DNA of 62,753 bases, the filler included, from Hausera hauseri (Eukaryota): the NCBI GenBank assembly GCA_046269625.1. It is 10 parts of 10 records of this genome, joined end to end, with 100 filler letters (N's around TTAATTAATTAA, not from the genome) between each part and the next. Parts side by side here need not be neighbours in the genome. Positions count along the whole stretch, not along the records: positions 55,662 to 62,753 come from JBJURY010038001.1; 9 more parts are not named here. The stretch is one strand, 5' to 3'. The notes beneath the pieces are model-generated. The model worked only from the letters and a program-made list of their open reading frames with translations. It did not search any database and was not told the DNA's origin. Made by a program: the position numbers and the translations under genes. Shown piece after piece: positions 58,601-62,753 of the stretch; position 1 is the first letter of the stretch, and each line of letters begins with the position of its first letter.

Positions 58601-60806
58601 GAGAGGCAGAAAGACAGAGACAGCGACAGAGAACAAGAGAGATAGTGAGAGCGAGACAGAGAGAGAGAGAGAGGCAGAAAGACAGAGACAGCGACAGAGA
58701 GAGAGAGGGAGATAGAGAGTGAGACCGAGATAAGGAAAGAGGCATAAAGGCAGAGACAACAACAAAGAGAGAGAGAGAGAGAGCGTGAGACCGAGACAGA
58801 GAGAGAGGCAGAAAGACAGAGACAACGACAGAGAGAGAGGGAGTGAGACGGAGACAGACAGACAGGCAGAAAGACAGAGACAGCGACAGAGAGAGAGAGA
58901 GTGAGAGTGAGACAATGAGAGAAAGAGGCAGAAAGACAGAGACAGCTATACATAAAGAGAGAGAGTAATATCCAGACAAATAAAGAGGCAGAAAACAGCG
59001 ACAGTGAAAGAGAGAGAGAGTAAGAGCGAGACAGAGAGAGATTGGGACCAAGACAAAGAGAGAGAGTGTGAGACAGAAATAGATGCAGAAAGAGAGAGAC
59101 AGCGACAGAGGGAGAGAGAGTGAGACAGAGAGAGAGACTGAAACAGAGAGAAATGCACAAAAAAAGAGACAGCGACAAATAGATATAAAGAGAGAGAGTG
59201 AGAGCGAGACAGAGAGAGAGTGTGAGACAGAGATAGATGCAGAAAGATAGAGACAGCGACAGAGAGAGAGAGAGTGAGTCCGAGAGAGGGAGAGAGGCAG
59301 AAAGACAGAGACAGCGACAGAGAGAGCGAGAATGAGACATAGACAAAGAGAGAGGAAGAAAGACAGAGACAGCGACAGAGAGAGACAGAGAGACAGAGAT
59401 AGAGAGAGAGAGTGAGACCGAGACAGAGAGAGAGGCAGAAAGACAGAGACAGCGACAGAGAGAAAGAGAGTGAGACCGAGACAGAGAGAGAGGCAGAAAG
59501 ACAGAGACAGCGACAGAGAGAGTGAGTGATACCGAGACAGAGAGAGAGGCAGAAAAACAAAGACAGCGACAGAGAGAGAGAGAGTGATTCAGAGAGAGGG
59601 AGAAAGAGGGAGACCGAGAAAAAGAGAGAGGCAGAAAGACAGAGACAGCGACAGAGAGAGAGTGAGACCGAGAGAGGGAGAGAGGCAGAAAGACAGAGAC
59701 AGCGACAGAGAGAGCGAGAATGAGACATAGACAGAGAGAGAGGAAGAAAGACAGAGACAGCGACAGAGAGACAGAGAAAGAGAGAGAGTGAGACCGAGAC
59801 AGAGAGAGAGGCAGAAAGACAAAGACAGCGACAGAGAGAGACAGAGAGTGAGACCGAGACAGAGAGAGAGGCAGAAAGACAGAGACAGCGACAGGGAGAG
59901 AGAGTGATACCGAGACAGAGAGAGAGGCAGAAAACAAAGACAGCGACAGAGAGAGAGATAGTGAGACAGAGAGAGGGAGAGAGAAAGAGACCGAGACAAA
60001 GAGAGAGGCAGACAGACAGAGACAGCGACAGAAAGAGAGAGAGACAGATTCAGAAAGACAGATACAGCTACAGAGAGAGAGAGTGAGAGTGAGACAGAGA
60101 GAGAGAGGCAGAAAGACAGAGACAGCGACAGAGAGAGAGTGAGATTGAGACAAAGAGAGAGGCAGAAAGATAGAGACAGCGACAAAGAGATAGAGAGTGA
60201 GACAGAGAGAGAGAGACTGAGACAGGGAGAGAGGCAGAAAGACAGAGACAGCGACAGAGAGAGAGTTAGAGCGAGACAGAGAGAGAAAGAGTGTGAGACA
60301 CAGATAGATGCAGAAAGACAGAGACAGCGACAGAGAGAGAGATAGAGAGAGAGTGAGACCGAGACAGGTAGAGAGGTAGAAAGACAGAGACAGTGACAGA
60401 GAGAGAGAGAGTAAGACAGAGACAGAGAGAGGCAGAAATACAAAGACAGCGACAGAGAGAGAGAGAGAGAGAGAGTGAGACCGAGTCAGAGAGGGAGGCA
60501 GAAAGACAGAGACAGCGACAGAGAGAGAGACAGAGAGAGAGACCGAAACAGAGAGAGAAACAGAATGACAGAAACAGCGACAGAGGGAAAGAGACAGAGG
60601 CAGAAAGACAGAGACAGCGACAGGGAGAGAGTGAGAGTGAGAGAGAGAGAGGCAGAAAGACAGAGACAGCTACAGAGAGAGAGAGAGAGACGGACACAGC
60701 GAGAGAGAGTGTGAGACAGAGAGAGAGCCAGAAAACAGAGACCTCGACAGAGAGAGAGAGAGAGAGAGTGAGACCGAGACAAAGAGAGGCAGAAAGACAG
60801 AGACAG

Positions 60807-60843
<37 letters not shown>

Positions 60844-62753
60844 AACACAGCGAGAGAGAGTGTGAGACAGAAAAAGAGCCAGAAAACAGAGACAGCGACA
60901 GAGAGAGAGAGTGAGAGTGAGAGAGAGAGAGGCAGAAAGACAGAGACAGCTACAGAGAGAGAGATAATGAGACCGGGAAAAAGAGAGAGGCAGAAAGACA
61001 GCGACAGAGAAAGATAGAGAGAGAGAAAGTTAGAGCGAGGCAGAGAGAGAGAGAGTGAGACCGAGACAAAGAGAGGGGCAGAAAAAGAGAGACAGCGAGA
61101 GAGAGAGAGAGAGAGTGAGACAGATAGAGAGATTGAGACAGAGAGAGAGGCAGAAAGACAGAGACAGCTACAGAGAGAGAAAGGCTAAGAGACCGAGACA
61201 GAGAGCGAGGCAGAAAGACAGAGACAGCGACAGAGAGAGAGATAGGGGCAGAAAGACAGAAACAGCGACAGAGAGGAAGAGAGAGAGAGACTGACACAGA
61301 GAGAGAGTGTGAGACAGAGAGAGAGGCAGAAAGACAGAGACAGCGACATCGAGAGAGAGAGTGAGACCGACACAGAGAGAGAGGCAGAAAGACAGAGACA
61401 GCGACAGAGAGATAGAGAGAGAGTGAGACCGAGACATAGAGACAGGCAAAAAGACAAAGACAGCGACAGAGAGAGAGAGTGTGAGACCGAGACATAGAGA
61501 CAGGCAGAAAGACAGAGACAGCGACAGAGAGAGAGAGAGTGAGACCGAGACAGAGAGAGAGGCAGAAAGACAGAGACAGCGACAGAAAGAGAGACAGAGG
61601 CAGAAAGACAGAGACAGCGACAGAGAGAGAGAATGAGAGTGAGACAGAGAGAGAAAGGCAGAAAGACAGAGACAGCGACAGAGAGAGAGAGAGCGTGAGA
61701 CCGAGACAAAGAGAGAGGCAGAAAGACAGCGACAGAGAGAGAGAGAGTGAGAGCGAGACAGAGAGAGAGAAAGAAAGTGAGACCGAGACAAAGAGAGAGG
61801 CAGAAAGAGAGAGACAGCGACAGAAAGAGATAGAGTGAGACAGAGAGAGAGATTGAGACAGAGAGAGAGGCAGAAAGATAAAGACAGCTACAGAGAGAAA
61901 GAGGCTAAGATACCGAGACAGAGAGAGAGGCAGAAAGACATAGACAGCGACAGTGAGAGAGAGAAAGAGGGGCAGAAAGACAGACAGCGACAGAGAAAGA
62001 GAGAGAGTGAGACCTAGAAAAAGAGAGAGGCAGAAAGACAGCGACAGGGAAATGGAGAGGGAGAGAGAGAGTCAGAGCGAGACAGAGAGAGAGAGTGAGA
62101 CCGAGACAATGAGAGAGGCAGAAAGAGAAAGACAGTGACAGAGGGAGACAGAGTGAGACAGAAAGAGAGATATTGAGACAAAGAGAGAGGCAGAAAGACA
62201 GAGACAGCTACAGAGAGAAAGAGGCTAAGAGACCGAGACAGAGAGAGGCAGAAAGACAGAGACAGATACAGAGAGAGAGAGAGAGAGACGGACACAGCGA
62301 GAGAGAGTGTGAGACAGAGAGAGAGCCAGAAAACAGAGACATCGACAGAGAGAGAGAGAGAGTGAGACCGAGACAAAGAGAGAGGCAGAAAGACAGAAAC
62401 AGCGACAGAGAGAGAGAGCCAGAGGCAGAAAGACAGAGACAGCGACAGATAGAGAGAGTGAGAGTGAGACAGAGAGAGGCAGAAAGACAGAGACAGCGAC
62501 AGAGAGAGATAATGAGACCGGAAAAAAGAGAGAGGCAGAAAGACAGCGACAGAGAAAGAGAGAGAGAGAGAGAGTGAGAGCAAGGCAGAGAGAGAGAGAG
62601 TGACACCGAGACAAAGAGAGAGGCAGAAAAAGAGAGACAGCGAGAGAGAGAGAGAGAGTGAGACAGATAGAGAGATTGAGACAGAGAGAGAGGCAGAAAG
62701 ACAGAGACAGCGACATCGAGAGAGAGAGTGAGACCGACACAGAGAGAGAGGCA
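55662..62753 (+). repeat. GA-rich complex satellite / cryptic minisatellite
   Basis: Core gagaggcagaaagacagagacagcgaca(ga)n-gtgagaccgagaca reiterated for ~7 kb. One strand is very poor in T. Confidence 0.97.

Noticed and set aside
55606-62740. Many long ORFs (up to 680 aa) of SLSLSV or RERQR type
   Set aside because: Artefacts of a GA-rich satellite that rarely forms stop codons; no domain content.

Overview
This window is not one locus. It is ten unrelated contigs joined by 100-bp artificial spacers (44 N + TTAATTAATTAA + 44 N). Contigs 1-8 (1-51164) are AT-rich animal DNA made up mostly of decayed mobile elements. Four copies of a CsRn1-like Ty3/Gypsy family are present. In the three copies with a 5' end, Gag starts with a ubiquitin-like domain ending in a di-Gly (RIRGG, RIRGG, RPFGG), carries two CHCC fingers and shifts -1 into pol. 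Contigs 3 and 6 hold two copies of a giant (about 14 kb or more) Gypsy element with the order gag - long helical region - chuvirus-type class III fusion glycoprotein - PR/RT/RH/IN - FN3-like membrane protein - large ORF ending in a RING finger - LTR. Contig 8 is a Polinton/adintovirus-like segment with a protein-primed PolB. Contig 5 has a DD37D (maT) transposon. Intronless, decayed fragments of host genes (CBP/p300, a POLD1-CCT3 chimera, CSE1L, FARP) lie next to the elements. Contigs 9-10 (51265-62753) look teleost-like (L2 LINE, Deu-type SINE, GA-rich satellite), which suggests a fish parasite assembly with host contamination, or the reverse; this is inference. The most novel candidates are the two-envelope, RING-carrying giant Gypsy and the ubiquitin-like-Gag fusion family. 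All protein assignments come from motif recognition by eye, not from database searches.
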